Below are positions 1 to 8,904 of a stretch of 64,000 nucleotides of DNA, one piece after another. Source of the DNA: an uncultured Gemmatimonadaceae bacterium. GTDB taxonomy: Bacteria; Gemmatimonadota; Gemmatimonadetes; Gemmatimonadales; Gemmatimonadaceae. Where the stretch lies: the NCBI GenBank assembly GCA_963822945.1, contig CAWGJO010000001.1, forward strand, positions 1 through 64,000, written 5' to 3'. The first letter of the stretch is position 1. Every line of letters begins with the position of its first letter. The notes beneath the pieces are model-generated. The model saw only the letters and a program-made list of their open reading frames with translations. It did not search any database and was not told the DNA's origin. The position numbers were made by a program, and so were the translations under genes.

Positions 1-197
1 AGGTCGAGCACGATCAGCAGCGGCCGTTCCTGCCGGGCCGCGGCCAACGCGTCGGGCCCGTTGGCCGCCGTCGACACGCGGTACCCGGCCTTGGCCAGAT
101 GGAACGCCACGAGCGCGACGATGTCGGCCTCGTCGTCCACCACGAGGACGCGGGCTCCGGGGGCGCCGCCGGGCGCGGGCGCGGCCGGCGTGGTCAC
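1..197 (-). CDS. Response regulator receiver domain, N-terminal part (gene runs off the left edge)
   Basis: Manual translation from GTG at 197, overlapping the udk stop: ...RVLVVDDEADIVALVAFHLAKAGYRVSTAANGPDALAAARQERPLLIVLDL, a typical REC motif. Confidence 0.85.
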   Translation of the reverse strand, partial: MTTPAAPAPGGAPGARVLVVDDEADIVALVAFHLAKAGYRVSTAANGPDALAAARQERPLLIVLD

Positions 198-832
198 GAG
201 TGCACTCCGTCGAGTTGCTGGCGAATGCGCGCCACGATCATCCCGATCGCCACCGCGTTGTGCCCCCCGCGGGGCACGATCACGTCGGCGTAGCGCTTGC
301 TCGGCTCCACGAATTGCAGGTGCATCGGCTGCACCGTCTTCACGTACTGGTTCAGAATTTCCTCCAACGGCCGCCCGCGCCGGGCGATGTCGCGCCGGAT
401 GCGCCGGATCAGCCGGATGTCCGCGTCCGCGTCGACGAACACCTTCACATCGCAGAGGTCGCGCACGCGCGCCTCGACGAACAGGAGGATGCCGTCGATT
501 ACCACCACTTCCGCCGGCGGAACCGGGACGCGTTGAGGGCTCCGCAGGTGCTGCACGAAGTCGTACACCGGCTTCTCGATCGACTCGCCGGCCGCCAGCT
601 GGCCCAGTTGGGTCTCCAACAATTCCCAGTCGATCGACTCCGGATGATCCCAATTGACCTTGCGGCGCTGCTCGATGGGCAGCTCCGCGTAGTTCTTGTA
701 GTACGCGTCCATGTCGATGAACGCCACCGACGTGCCCGCCAGCGCTTCCGCCACGCGTCGTGCGACCGTCGATTTGCCGGAGCCGGTCCCGCCGGCGATC
801 CCGATGATCAGTGGTTTCACATCGCGGTCCAT
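194..832 (-). CDS. udk: Uridine kinase
   Basis: IIGIAGGTGSGKST P-loop, DMDAYY, NWDHP, KPVYDF, DVKVFVDADADIRLIRRIRRD, FVEPSKRYADVIVP. Confidence 0.96.
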   Translation of the reverse strand: MDRDVKPLIIGIAGGTGSGKSTVARRVAEALAGTSVAFIDMDAYYKNYAELPIEQRRKVNWDHPESIDWELLETQLGQLAAGESIEKPVYDFVQHLRSPQRVPVPPAEVVVIDGILLFVEARVRDLCDVKVFVDADADIRLIRRIRRDIARRGRPLEEILNQYVKTVQPMHLQFVEPSKRYADVIVPRGGHNAVAIGMIVARIRQQLDGVHS

Positions 833-1063
833 TGCGCTGGGCGACGTGACCCGAATCTCGCCGAACCGAAGCCAGAGCGTCGCGAAGGGGCTGTCACGAT
901 CCTGTATCGTTTAGGGGGTAACGAAAGCCGATCAGGAAAGCTGATGGAGGCGTGAACGGCCCGTCAACAGCGGACTCCCACGCCCGGCGCGCCTCCGCTA
1001 GCTTCGTCACATGAAAATCTCGTGTTCCGACCCCCGTCCGGCGGCCTGCGCGCGAGGCGGCCG

Positions 1064-1315
1064 ATGAGCGAGTCCGTACGCGTCTTCGTGAACGCCGCCG
1101 GCGTGGACGTGCCCCGGGGCGCCACGGCCCTGGACGCCGTCCGCGCCTGGAAGCCCGCCGAGGCCGATGCCGTGATCGCCGGCGCCCGCATGATCACCGA
1201 CAGCCGCGGGCTGCCCATCACGGGCGATGCCCCGCTCCCGGCCGGCGCCATACTCCGGACGATCTCCGACCGCGGCGCCGAGGCGGGCGACGCCGACCCG
1301 GCCGCCGAATCGTGA
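1064..1315 (+). CDS. Small hypothetical protein, possibly beta-grasp (ThiS/2Fe-2S N-terminal-like)
   Basis: MSESVRVFVNAAGVDVPRGATALDAV...; its stop overlaps the add start (GTGA); no C-terminal GG. Confidence 0.6.
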   Translation: MSESVRVFVNAAGVDVPRGATALDAVRAWKPAEADAVIAGARMITDSRGLPITGDAPLPAGAILRTISDRGAEAGDADPAAES

Positions 1316-2358
1316 GCCCGGCCCTCGATCGGGAACTCCTCCGGCGCCTCCCCAAGGCCGAGTTGCACTGTCACCTCGACGGGTCCGTGCGTCCGCAGAC
1401 GCTGCTCGATCTGGCACGCGAATACGGACAGCCGATGCCGCGCCAGGACGCCGAATCGCTCGGCGCCTACATGCTCGTGTCCGACGGTCACAGCCTCGAA
1501 GACTATCTCCAGCGATTCTCCGTGACCCTGTCCGTCATGCAGACGGCCGAGTCGTTGGACCGCATCGCCTATGAGCTGGCCATCGACGCGGCCGCCGACG
1601 GAGTCCGCTACCTCGAAGTGCGCTACGCCCCGATCCTCAACGTGCGGCACGGGCTCTCGCTCGGCGACGCCGTGCAGGCCTCGGTGCGTGGACTCCAGCG
1701 CGCCGAGCAGGAGGTGGGTATCGTGGCCCGGGTCATCATCTGCGGCATTCGCAGCATGGCCCCCGACGTGTCCGTGGAGCTGGCAGAACTCGCGGTGGCC
1801 TTCCGCGGACAGGGGGTGGTCGGGTTCGACCTGGCGGGCGGCGAGGCGGGCCACCCGGCCGCGGCGCACCGCGAGGCGTTCGCGCACGCCCACCGGCACG
1901 ATCTGGCCTGTACCTGCCACGCGGGTGAGGGCGACGGCCCCGAGTCGGTGCGCCAGGCGCTCCACACGTGCTGCGTGGACCGCATCGGCCACGGGACCCG
2001 CATCTTCGAGGACCCGTCGCTGCTCGACTACGTGAACGATCGGCGGGTGCCCATCGAGATCTGCCTCACCAGCAACATCCAGACCCGCGCGGCCTCTTCG
2101 TACGACACGCATCCCCTGCGCACGTACTACGATCGGGGGCTGAACGTGGTGCTCAACACCGACAACCGCCTGATGAGCGGCACCACGCTCACCGACGAGT
2201 ACGAACGTGCCGCGCAGCACCTCGGGTTCTCGTTCGACGAACTGGCGCGCATGGCGTTGAACGGATTCGAGAGCGCCTTTCTCCCGTACGAGCAGCGCGT
2301 GGCGTTGATCGCCGACGCCGAACGGGAGATGTCGCGGTTGCGCACGGAGATCGCGTGA
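1312..2358 (+). CDS. add: Adenosine deaminase
   Basis: LPKAELHCHLDGS, GFDLAGGE, HAGE, RIGHG, EICLTSN, LNTDN motifs. Confidence 0.95.
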   Translation: MSPALDRELLRRLPKAELHCHLDGSVRPQTLLDLAREYGQPMPRQDAESLGAYMLVSDGHSLEDYLQRFSVTLSVMQTAESLDRIAYELAIDAAADGVRYLEVRYAPILNVRHGLSLGDAVQASVRGLQRAEQEVGIVARVIICGIRSMAPDVSVELAELAVAFRGQGVVGFDLAGGEAGHPAAAHREAFAHAHRHDLACTCHAGEGDGPESVRQALHTCCVDRIGHGTRIFEDPSLLDYVNDRRVPIEICLTSNIQTRAASSYDTHPLRTYYDRGLNVVLNTDNRLMSGTTLTDEYERAAQHLGFSFDELARMALNGFESAFLPYEQRVALIADAEREMSRLRTEIA

Positions 2359-3182
2359 CCGCCCCGTACGGCGCGGAGGCCGCGGCTCGCGCCGCCGCGG
2401 CGGTCCGGGCCCGACTCGGGGACTTCGAGCCCGTTGCCGCCATCGTACTCGGTTCGGGATTGGGCGGGCTGGCCGAGCGCCTGCACGCACCCGTGGTCAT
2501 CCCGTACCGCGAGATTCCGGGATTTCCGTCGTCCACCGTCGTCGGGCACGCCGGCCAACTACTGGCCGGAACGCTCGGCGGCCGCCGGGTGCTGGCGCTT
2601 GCCGGCCGCTTTCACATGTACGAAGGGCACAGCGCCGCGCTCGCGGCCTTTCCGGCCCGGGTGATGCATGCGCTCGGCGCGCCGCTGCTCATCGTCTCGA
2701 ACGCGGCCGGCGGCATCCGCCCGACCTTCGGCGCAGGCACGCTGATGCTCATCGACGACCACGTGAACTTCATGTTCCGCAATCCGCTGGCGGGACCGCA
2801 GGAGGCGGGGGACGATCGCTTCCCGGACATGTCCACGCCGTACGATCCCGACCTGCGGGCGCTGGCGCGAAGCGTGGCGCAGACCCACGACATCGCGCTC
2901 GAGGAAGGGGTGTACGCCGGGCTGCTGGGCCCGAGCTACGAGACCCGTGCCGAGGTGCGCATGCTGGCCGAACTCGGCGTTGACGCGGTGGGCATGTCCA
3001 CCGTGCCCGAGGTGCTCGTGGCCCGCGCCCTGCGGATGCGCGTGCTCGGCATCAGCTGCATCACGAATCCCGCCGCGGGGCTGTCCGACGCCCCCATCAC
3101 GCACGCCGAAGTCATCGAGACCACGGCCCGGGCCGCGGCGCGGTTCGAGACGCTGATCACGGGCGTCGTGGCCGCCCTCTGA
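2355..3182 (+). CDS. punA: Purine-nucleoside phosphorylase
   Basis: GTG start overlaps the add stop; IVLGSGLG, GRFHMYEG, NAAGG, GPSYET, VGMSTVPE, SCITN. Confidence 0.95.
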   Translation: MTAPYGAEAAARAAAAVRARLGDFEPVAAIVLGSGLGGLAERLHAPVVIPYREIPGFPSSTVVGHAGQLLAGTLGGRRVLALAGRFHMYEGHSAALAAFPARVMHALGAPLLIVSNAAGGIRPTFGAGTLMLIDDHVNFMFRNPLAGPQEAGDDRFPDMSTPYDPDLRALARSVAQTHDIALEEGVYAGLLGPSYETRAEVRMLAELGVDAVGMSTVPEVLVARALRMRVLGISCITNPAAGLSDAPITHAEVIETTARAAARFETLITGVVAAL

Positions 3183-3287
3183 CCGGCCCGGCGTGCGCGC
3201 CGCCCGCCGGCGCGGGGGCGGCCGGCAATCGTTTCATGTGTTGAGTCGTCCTTTCGGTATCGCCGTGCTACGTTCTCTCCCACCATC

Positions 3288-4046
3288 GTGCGCCTTCTAA
3301 CCCTCGCCAGAGACCTTCGTCGACGGAAAGCCCGCGAGCGCGAACGCCTGTTCGTGTGCGAGGGGGTGCGCGCTGTGGAGGAACTGCTGCGCTCGCCCAT
3401 CGTCCCGCGCGGGATTCTGGTGGCCCCACAGCTGCTCGACGCGCCGCGCGGCGCCGCCCTCCGCGAGCAGATCGCCCGCTCGGGGCATCCGGTGGAGGAG
3501 ATCGCGGCGCGTGATTTTCACACGGCGGCCGAGACCGAGTCGCCACAGGGCGTGCTCGCCATCGCGCCGATTCCCGAGCGTTCGCTCGACGCGATCGCAC
3601 CGGCCGACGGGCTTCGGCTGCTCGTACTCGATGCGCTGCAGGACCCGGGCAACGTGGGCACGATTCTCCGAACCGCGGCCGCGCTCGGCGCCACCGCCAC
3701 GGCGGCGCTGCCGGGAACCGTTGACCTGTGGAACGCCAAAGTCGTCCGGAGTGCAATGGGCGCGCTCTTCCACCACCAGTGCATGGCGGCCACGTGGCCG
3801 GACGTGGACGCGTTCTGCCGTCGCGTGGGCGCGGCGCTGTGGGTCGCCGACGCCGGCGGGACGCCGCTGGGGCAGGTGCCGGCGCCGGGCCGGCTGGCGC
3901 TGGTGGTCGGCAATGAGGGCGCCGGCGTGTCGGCAGACGCCCGGGCCCGCGCGGAGCAACTGGTGGCACTCCCCATCTCGGCGGACGTCGAGTCCCTCAA
4001 CGTGGCCGTCGCCACCGGCATCCTTCTCTACGAGTTGCGCCCGTGA
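3288..4046 (+). CDS. TrmH/SpoU family RNA 2'-O-methyltransferase
   Basis: LQDPGNVGTILRTA, VRSAMGA, VGNEGAG, ESLNVAVA SPOUT motifs. Confidence 0.92.
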   Translation: MRLLTLARDLRRRKARERERLFVCEGVRAVEELLRSPIVPRGILVAPQLLDAPRGAALREQIARSGHPVEEIAARDFHTAAETESPQGVLAIAPIPERSLDAIAPADGLRLLVLDALQDPGNVGTILRTAAALGATATAALPGTVDLWNAKVVRSAMGALFHHQCMAATWPDVDAFCRRVGAALWVADAGGTPLGQVPAPGRLALVVGNEGAGVSADARARAEQLVALPISADVESLNVAVATGILLYELRP

Positions 4047-4888
4047 ACATGCAGACCTACTGGCAGGTGGTGGCCTTCGTCTTCGGCGCGATGATCGGCT
4101 CGTTCCTCAACGTGTGCATCGGGCGCTGGCCCGCCGAGCAGTCCATCATCCGCCCGCGCTCGCGCTGCCCGCACTGCGGCCACCAACTGGCATGGTTCGA
4201 GAACATCCCGGTGCTGAGCTGGGTGGCGCTGCGCGCGCGCTGCCGCTGCTGTACCGAGCCCATCTCGGCGCAGTATCCGCTGGTGGAGCTGACGGTGGCG
4301 GTCATCTGGCTGCTCTCGGTGCGGCACTTCGGCGCCGGCTTCACGGCCTTCCGCTTCGCGATCGTATCCACGGTGCTGCTCGGGGTCGCCGTGACCGATG
4401 CCAAGCACTATCTGATTCCCGACGGCTTCACGGTGTTCGGCCTGCTGTTCGCGCTGGTGGCTGCGGTGTATGCCGCCACGCAGCCCGCCGGCGGCCCGTT
4501 CGCGGGGCTGTACGACGCCGTCATCGGCGCCTGCGCCGGTGCCGGCATGATCGCCATCGTCGGGTGGCTGGGCGAGATCGCGTTCAAGAAGGAAGCCATG
4601 GGCATGGGCGACATGACGCTGATGGCGTTCGTCGGCGCCGTGGTGGGCCCCAATCGGGCGATCCTCACCGTGTTCGTGGGCGCTGCCATCGGGGCGGCGG
4701 CGTTCATTCTCATCGTGTATCCGGTGGCCTGGTTCCGCCGTGACCAGCGCATGGAGCAGGGCGAACTGCCGCTCGGGCCCACTCCCTTCGAACCGCCTCT
4801 GGTACCGTTCGGCGTGTTCCTTGCGCCTGCGGCCATCGTGACATTGCTTTGGGGAAATGCGGTGTTCGCGTGGATTCTGGGCGGCTGA
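4043..4888 (+). CDS. pilD: Prepilin peptidase (A24)
   Basis: GSFLNVCIGRWP, PRSRCPHC, ENIPVLSW, RCRCC, AMGMGD, VPFGVFLA. Confidence 0.92.
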   Translation: MNMQTYWQVVAFVFGAMIGSFLNVCIGRWPAEQSIIRPRSRCPHCGHQLAWFENIPVLSWVALRARCRCCTEPISAQYPLVELTVAVIWLLSVRHFGAGFTAFRFAIVSTVLLGVAVTDAKHYLIPDGFTVFGLLFALVAAVYAATQPAGGPFAGLYDAVIGACAGAGMIAIVGWLGEIAFKKEAMGMGDMTLMAFVGAVVGPNRAILTVFVGAAIGAAAFILIVYPVAWFRRDQRMEQGELPLGPTPFEPPLVPFGVFLAPAAIVTLLWGNAVFAWILGG

Positions 4889-4915
4889 CCGTCCCTGGCT
4901 CTTTCCCCGTAGCGG

Positions 4916-6067
4916 ATGATCGACGAACCGCCTCGCGCCTCGGGCGCGCTGGCGCGCTACACGCGCGATCTGACGGCGGATGCCCGCGCCGGCCGCCTGG
5001 AGCCCGTGTACGGACGGCGCGACGAGATCGCGCGGGTCATCGACATCCTGCTCCGCTACGGCAAGTGCAACCCGGCGCTGGTGGGATCCGCGGGCGTGGG
5101 CAAGACGGCGATTGCCGACGGCCTGGCGCGGCGCATCGCCGACGGCACGGTGCCGTTCGCGCTGCGCGACGTGCGCCTGCTCTCGCTCGACCATGTGTCG
5201 CTGCTCGCGGGCTCCACCTACCGCGGGCAGTTCGAGGAGCGCATCCGCGCGCTCATCGCCGAGGTCCAGGCATCGCCCGACGTGATCCTGTTCGTGGATG
5301 AGCTGCACAACCTGATCGGGCAGGGCACGGCCATCGGCACGCCGATGGATGCCGCCAACATGCTGAAGCCGGCGCTGGCCCGCGGCGATTTCCGGGTCAT
5401 TGGCGCCACGACCGACGCCGAATACGACCGCTGGGTGCTCGGCGATTCGGCGCTCGAGCGGCGCTTCCAGAAGGTGCCGGTGCGGGAACTGACCGCCGAG
5501 GAAACGATCGAGGTGCTGCGGGCGCGCAAGGAGCGGTTGGAGCGGCATCACAACGTGCTGATCGCGGACGACGCCATCGCGGCCGCGGTGCAGCTCACCG
5601 ACGCGCACGTCCGCGACCGCCGCCGTCCCGACAAGGCCATCGATGCGCTCGACGAAGCGTGCGCGCATCTGCAGGCCGAAGCCGTGTATACGACGCACAC
5701 CGAGGCGCTGCTCAAGGCACGCCGGCTCGCGGCCGCCGCCGCACGCCCCCGCGGCGCCGCGCGGCGGCAGGCGGACGACGCGGATGACGACCTCGCCAGG
5801 GCATCGTTCGACGTCCTCGAACGGTTCGGCGCCGCCATCGAGGCGGCGCTCGGGGAGGCGGACGCATTCGAGCGTCCGGCGGAGCCTCGTGCCGCGGCGG
5901 CGGCCGCCGCCCCGGAAACCACCGCCGCGCCCGCGCGGCAGGAGGCCGGGGCCGGGCTCGACGCCGAGATCGCGCGTCATCTCATGGAAGAGCACATCAT
6001 CGTTCGCGGGTCCGACGTGGCTCGCGTGGTTGCACTCATGTCGGGAGGTCCCGTCACGTGGGAGTGA
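4916..6067 (+). CDS. Clp/Hsp100-like AAA+ ATPase containing only the first ATPase module
   Basis: LEPVYGR, NPALVGSAGVGKT (Walker A), LFVDELHNLIGQG (Walker B), LKPALARG, IGATT, ALERRFQ, PDKAIDALDEA; no N-domain and no second AAA module. Confidence 0.85.
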   Translation: MIDEPPRASGALARYTRDLTADARAGRLEPVYGRRDEIARVIDILLRYGKCNPALVGSAGVGKTAIADGLARRIADGTVPFALRDVRLLSLDHVSLLAGSTYRGQFEERIRALIAEVQASPDVILFVDELHNLIGQGTAIGTPMDAANMLKPALARGDFRVIGATTDAEYDRWVLGDSALERRFQKVPVRELTAEETIEVLRARKERLERHHNVLIADDAIAAAVQLTDAHVRDRRRPDKAIDALDEACAHLQAEAVYTTHTEALLKARRLAAAAARPRGAARRQADDADDDLARASFDVLERFGAAIEAALGEADAFERPAEPRAAAAAAAPETTAAPARQEAGAGLDAEIARHLMEEHIIVRGSDVARVVALMSGGPVTWE

Positions 6068-7326
6068 GGATCCGTTATCTCGCGCTGGGGCTCGCCGCCG
6101 CCGCGCTCGTGATGTCGGCGTGCGGCCGCCGCAACGGCAAGACGGGAAAGGGCCCGTACGCCGACATGGTGGCCGAAGCCGTGCCGAAGGTCGAGAAGGC
6201 CGTGGGCGTTCCCTTCAAGACGCCGCCCAAGTTCGCGCTGCTCTCCCGCGATTCGGTGCGGGCGTTCCTGATCCAGAAGTTCGACCAGGCAACCCCGGCC
6301 GCCGAACTGGCGGGGCAGGAGGCGGCCTACAAGGCGTTCGGCCTCATCCCCGACTCCCTCGATCTGCGGCCGTTCCTGATCAAACTCCTCACCGAGCAGA
6401 TCATCGGCTTCTACGATCCGTCGACCAAGAAGCTCTACGTGGTGAAGGACGCGCCGGAGGATCTCACCGGCACCATCGTCACCCATGAGCTGGTGCATGC
6501 GCTGCAGGATCAGTACGTGAACCTCGATTCCATCCAGCGCGCCACCGGCGACAACGACCGGCAGATGGCGGCGCAGGCGGTGATCGAGGGCGAGGCGACG
6601 TACGTCCAGCTGTCGATCATGATCGGCGCCCCGAAGCTCCGGCAGATGCTGGACAGCAACTGGGATCTGGTGCGTCGCATGATCCAGGAGTCGCACGACT
6701 CGCAGAGCGTGTTCGGTTCGGCCCCGATCGCCATCCAGCAGGAGATGCTCTTCCCGTATCTCAGTGGCGCCGAGTTCATCCGCCGGTTCGAGGCGCACGA
6801 CCCCGGGAAGTTGCCGTTCGACGACATGCCGGTGTCCACCACGCAGATCCTCCATGAGCCGGCGTACTTCGACAGTGTGCGCGAGGTGCCGCACCGAGTC
6901 ACGCTGCCCCGCACCGAGGGGCGGACGATCTACGAGAACGACCTGGGCGAGTTCGACACGCGGCTGTTCATCTACCAGCACACGCGCGACCAATCGCTGG
7001 CCGTGAGCGCCGCGGAAGGGTGGGACGGCGGTCGCTACCGGATTCTGGCCGAACCCAAGGGCACGGCGGTGGTCTGGGCAACGGTCTGGCGAAGCACCGT
7101 GGACGCGGCCCAGTTCGTGGATGCCCTCAATCAGGTGGCCGAGCGGCGCTACCGCACACCCAACCCGACCATCGTGTATACGGGGCAGCGGACGTACCGC
7201 GGGAGCAAGCGCACGGTGCAGGTGACACCGCTCAAGATCGGCGGACTGAACGTCGTGCTCTACGTCGACGCGCCGACCGGCAGCAGCTTGACGCTGCTCG
7301 ACCCCGCGAAGATCGGCGTGCGGTAG
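6064..7326 (+). CDS. Lipoprotein, putative zinc metallopeptidase (HExxH)
   Basis: Lipobox-like MSAC, GFYDP, HELVHALQDQ, IEGEA, FPYLSG. Confidence 0.75.
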   Translation: MRIRYLALGLAAAALVMSACGRRNGKTGKGPYADMVAEAVPKVEKAVGVPFKTPPKFALLSRDSVRAFLIQKFDQATPAAELAGQEAAYKAFGLIPDSLDLRPFLIKLLTEQIIGFYDPSTKKLYVVKDAPEDLTGTIVTHELVHALQDQYVNLDSIQRATGDNDRQMAAQAVIEGEATYVQLSIMIGAPKLRQMLDSNWDLVRRMIQESHDSQSVFGSAPIAIQQEMLFPYLSGAEFIRRFEAHDPGKLPFDDMPVSTTQILHEPAYFDSVREVPHRVTLPRTEGRTIYENDLGEFDTRLFIYQHTRDQSLAVSAAEGWDGGRYRILAEPKGTAVVWATVWRSTVDAAQFVDALNQVAERRYRTPNPTIVYTGQRTYRGSKRTVQVTPLKIGGLNVVLYVDAPTGSSLTLLDPAKIGVR

Positions 7327-7329
7327 CGG

Positions 7330-8889
7330 CTACATCCCCGCCAGGCGCGAGATCGAGAAGCCGATCACGGCAATCAGGCCGCCGAGCACGTAGCCGATGA
7401 AGATGATCAACCGCAATTCGCGGTTGATCACGCCCCGGATGAGTTCCTCCAGCCGCTCGAAGCTGAAGGCCAACACCTTGCGCTCCACCATGGCCTGCAC
7501 GTCGAGCCGCTGGATGAGACCGGGGAGCTGCGACTCCACCAGGTCCCAGATGGCCGGCGCGAACGCCCCGCCCAGCCGCGTCGAGCTGTCCGGCGGGAGC
7601 CAGCGTCCGGGGCGCCCGATGGGTTTATCCAGCGCTTGCCGGATCGCCGTGCGCGACGCGTCCTCGATCAATTCGCGCGACCGCGGCGACCGGGCCGCGC
7701 CCACGATCCAGTTGGCGAGCGTCTGGTCGTCCAGCGGCGCCAGCAGATCGCCCCACGTCTTCTGCTCGGCGCGGGCCAGCGCCGCGTCGAGCTTCTCCAC
7801 CAGCAGGTGCCGCGTCTCTTCGGCGCGCAGCACGCGCACCAGTCCGCGCGCGACCGTCTCCATCACCGCGCGGGCGCGCTCGCTCTCCGGCGGCCCCACG
7901 ATATCGGCCATCGGTTTGGCCAGGTACGACGTGATCGCCTCGTGCACGGCGGCGGTGATCCGCTCGCGCACCGCCGGATCCTCGAGCAGTTCGCCCAGCT
8001 GTTCGGCGCCCTCTCGCTCCACCGAATCGAGCGCCCGGTCCAGCGTGCGCTCGGTGACCACGAGCTTGGCGATGACCCGCTCGTGGAACTTGAGATCTTC
8101 CACGAACCGCGCGAAGAGGCCGTGCAGGCGCAGGCGGATCCGCTCACGGGCCAGCGGATCGCGCAGCACGCCGGCCAGCTTCTCGACGGCGACCGGCAGG
8201 TAGGCCTCGATGCCGCCGTCGATGGCCGAGACGAAGGCCGGCGGCACCTGCTCCATGAGCGGCTCGCGCGAGCTGAGCATCTGGACGGCGCGCCGCTCCA
8301 CGTAGTCGTGCACCCCCTGCGCGAGTTCGTCGGACTGCGAGAACTCGGAGGCCCACTCCGCGGCCCGAGCCGTGATCGCGGCCCGTCGCTCGGCGGTGAG
8401 CACGTTTCCCACCAGGCGATCCTTGAGTTCGGCGCGGCGCCGCGCCACGAAGCCGCGCGCCCGGGTCTCGAACTCCGCCGAGTCGGTGAATTCCGCCAAC
8501 CGTTCGACGACGATCGGCACGCCCGACGTCAACGCCCGCTCCACCTCGAGCAGCACCGACGGGGGCAGGATCTCGCGCAGCGAGGCGCGTTCGGTGTCGA
8601 GCACGTTGCCGATGACCAGGGCCAGCGTCTCGTCGAGCTTCTCGCGCACGCCGGCCCGCACCAGCTCGGACATGATGTCGGTGGGCGTGAGCAGGCGCTC
8701 GCCCACCGTGCGTCCCAGACTCTTCGCCAGGCGTGCCTGGTTCTTGGGAATGGCGCCCTGGAATCCGAGCACCTTCCGCCGCGGATGAAAGAGCATCCAC
8801 ACCGCCACCGTGTCGGATGCACCGCCCGCAATGGTCCCGATGGCCACGTGCACGGCGAATTGCACCCACTGGTTCTGCGGATCGAGCAT
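7330..8889 (-). CDS. DUF445 family membrane-anchored helical protein
   Basis: N-terminal AVWMLFHP...GAIPK and C-terminal ELRLIIFIGYVLGGLIA. Confidence 0.85.
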   Translation of the reverse strand: MLDPQNQWVQFAVHVAIGTIAGGASDTVAVWMLFHPRRKVLGFQGAIPKNQARLAKSLGRTVGERLLTPTDIMSELVRAGVREKLDETLALVIGNVLDTERASLREILPPSVLLEVERALTSGVPIVVERLAEFTDSAEFETRARGFVARRRAELKDRLVGNVLTAERRAAITARAAEWASEFSQSDELAQGVHDYVERRAVQMLSSREPLMEQVPPAFVSAIDGGIEAYLPVAVEKLAGVLRDPLARERIRLRLHGLFARFVEDLKFHERVIAKLVVTERTLDRALDSVEREGAEQLGELLEDPAVRERITAAVHEAITSYLAKPMADIVGPPESERARAVMETVARGLVRVLRAEETRHLLVEKLDAALARAEQKTWGDLLAPLDDQTLANWIVGAARSPRSRELIEDASRTAIRQALDKPIGRPGRWLPPDSSTRLGGAFAPAIWDLVESQLPGLIQRLDVQAMVERKVLAFSFERLEELIRGVINRELRLIIFIGYVLGGLIAVIGFSISRLAGM

Positions 8890-8904
8890 GGTGGAGCCGC
8901 CCCC

